A DNA stretch of 32,000 bases from Mucisphaera calidilacus (lineage in GTDB: Bacteria > Planctomycetota > Phycisphaerae > Phycisphaerales > Phycisphaeraceae), in the NCBI RefSeq assembly GCF_007748075.1, contig NZ_CP036280.1, forward strand, positions 1,470,001 to 1,502,000, written 5' to 3'. Below, piece by piece: positions 30,541 to 32,000 of the stretch (the stretch's first letter is position 1; each line of letters starts with the position of its first letter). The notes beneath the pieces are model-generated. The model saw only the letters and a list, made by a program, of their open reading frames with translations, was not told the origin of the DNA and did not search any database. Made by a program: the position numbers and the translations under genes.

Positions 30541-31422
30541 TCAGCGGCGACGCAGAGCGATCAGGCCGCCCAGACTCACCAGCACGAACGACGCCGGCTC
30601 CGGCACAAAACCGCCGTCAGCCACGAAGATCCGGTTCAACGCGTCAACATCGAGCGCCTCATCCCAGACACGCACGTTGTCCTGGTAGCCATTCAACGAC
30701 GTATCAGCCGTCGGGGCCGCCGAAGTAAAACCGATGCCGAACTCCGTGTTCGCACCGCCATCACCCGACACCGGACCGATACCACCCGTCGAAGCCACGC
30801 CTGCGACAGCCAACGGGCTGTTCAGATCGCCCACATAGAACGTGATGTTGTTGCTCGCAACCGACAGATCAACACTGACCGCCAGGAAAACCCACTGATC
30901 AGCCGCGTCAATGTCCATCTGGTCCTGAAATCCCGCGCCAAAACCGTTGTTGGCACCGACAAACAGGGCCGTTCGCACATTGTCAACACCACGGTCACCC
31001 GTGTTCGGGTTGTTCAGGTTCCACGACGGCCCGGGGAACGAACCGCCGCCTTGCTCCGACATCAGACGGACATTCGACGATCCACCCTGATCCGCATTCA
31101 AACCCTGAATGTTGATCCAGGTCGAGAGCGTGAACGTGTTCAGGCCATCCACGATGTCGATGTCACCGGCCGAAAAAACGCTCCCGCTGCCCGCCGCGGT
31201 CAGATCAGCCGCAAAACCCGAGCCGGAAGGCGTGTCCGCAACACGACCGGCGGTCGCGCCGACGCTGCCGTCCGCAGCTGCGCCAAGCGTGCCCGAGTTC
31301 AACGCATCGCCCGCAGCCTCATCAAACGTCCACTCAAGCAGCAACGCCGCCGAAGCACACGGGGTCAGGCTCAGGCCAGCCACGGCAGCCAGAGCACAAG
31401 CCAAAGTCTTCTGAGTCTTCAT
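30541..31422 (-). CDS. Secreted LamG/concanavalin-like domain protein with canonical PEP-CTERM anchor (293 aa)
   Basis: ATG 31422 preceded by GAGGAG. Signal peptide MKTQKTLACALAAVAGLSLTPCASA. LamG-like pattern (LSTWINIQG, WVFLAVSVD, ITFYVGD, VRVWDEAL). Tail VPEPASFVLVSLGGLIALRRR. Confidence 0.85.
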   Translation of the reverse strand: MKTQKTLACALAAVAGLSLTPCASAALLLEWTFDEAAGDALNSGTLGAAADGSVGATAGRVADTPSGSGFAADLTAAGSGSVFSAGDIDIVDGLNTFTLSTWINIQGLNADQGGSSNVRLMSEQGGGSFPGPSWNLNNPNTGDRGVDNVRTALFVGANNGFGAGFQDQMDIDAADQWVFLAVSVDLSVASNNITFYVGDLNSPLAVAGVASTGGIGPVSGDGGANTEFGIGFTSAAPTADTSLNGYQDNVRVWDEALDVDALNRIFVADGGFVPEPASFVLVSLGGLIALRRR

Positions 31423-31655
31423 CAATCTCTCCTCATTCTCGAATAGATGTCGCAGGGGTACAGACCAAAAAACACGATTCATAAACCTGTCACACTATAA
31501 ATCACCAACCGACCCTCCGGAAGATCAATCCGACGGATTAGACCGAAAAACACATAAACCCCGCCAGAACCTAGACTTATTCAAATATGAACGCAAGAAT
31601 ATGTTATGAATTGTACATAACTTATATTATCGGACTCTGGATCGTTCACCTGTGG

Positions 31656-32000
31656 TCAAGCCCGACGCAGCATCATTGACCACGCCACCCCGATCCCCTC
31701 CGGCAACGCCTCGCACTCCTGCTCAAAAACCCGAGCAGCCAGCGTCCCCGACGTATCGTCATCCAGAACCGGGCAGCAACGCTGCACCAGAATCGGCCCG
31801 TTGTCATACGCATCATCCGCGAGATGCACCGTACAACCCGACACCTTGCAGCCCGCCTTCAACACCGCCTCGTGAACGTTATCCCCGTACATCCCCGGTC
31901 CGCCGAAACTCGGCAGCAGCGCCGGGTGAATGTTCAGCACCCGACCCTCGAAGTCCGGCGCAATCCTCAACAAACTCAACCAGCCCGCAAGCACAACCAG
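31656..32000 (-). CDS. purN: Phosphoribosylglycinamide formyltransferase (C-terminal part; gene continues beyond the window)
   Basis: LAGWLSLL..VLNIHPALLPSFGG..GCTVHLADDAYDNGPILVQ. The ORF is open to the window edge. Confidence 0.85.
   Translation of the reverse strand: MVVLAGWLSLLRIAPDFEGRVLNIHPALLPSFGGPGMYGDNVHEAVLKAGCKVSGCTVHLADDAYDNGPILVQRCCPVLDDDTSGTLAARVFEQECEALPEGIGVAWSMMLRRA

Overview
GC-rich (roughly 60-65%) bacterial chromosomal segment with strong C/G third-position codon bias. The gene content suggests a PVC-group organism (Planctomycetota/Phycisphaerae-like or Verrucomicrobiota), but this taxonomic call is low confidence: many PEP-CTERM-type sorting tails, dockerin-like repeats, a sulfatase, an ECF sigma factor and squalene-hopene cyclase. 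Most of the window is ordinary housekeeping: ppdK, nuoB, cmk-plsC, cstA, nadB, hisA, purN, shc, dehydrogenases, a thioesterase and a LacI regulator. The unusual part is an accessory island at about 1.4-7.2 kb. It holds five tandem, mosaic paralogues plus one 3' stump, each encoding a small secreted protein (183-196 aa) of a fold I do not recognise, with a PEP-CTERM-like anchor. Long blocks are identical at nucleotide level, interrupted by short hypervariable patches, and one member is an exact chimera of its two neighbours. Directly downstream lies a 574-aa secreted protein with two complete retropepsin-type DTGA aspartic-protease half-domains in one chain, four dockerin-like repeats and its own PEP-CTERM tail. 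Eight PEP-CTERM-like tails occur in the window but no exosortase is visible. Other notable items are a membrane-anchored stand-alone C39-like cysteine peptidase, an ECF sigma / putative anti-sigma / very acidic periplasmic protein module convergent with a site-2 protease, an orphan nuoB, and a lysine-rich N-terminal extension on PpdK. No rRNA, tRNA, CRISPR, transposase or integrase was seen. All alignments and motif calls were made by eye from the sequence and ORF track, with no database search.
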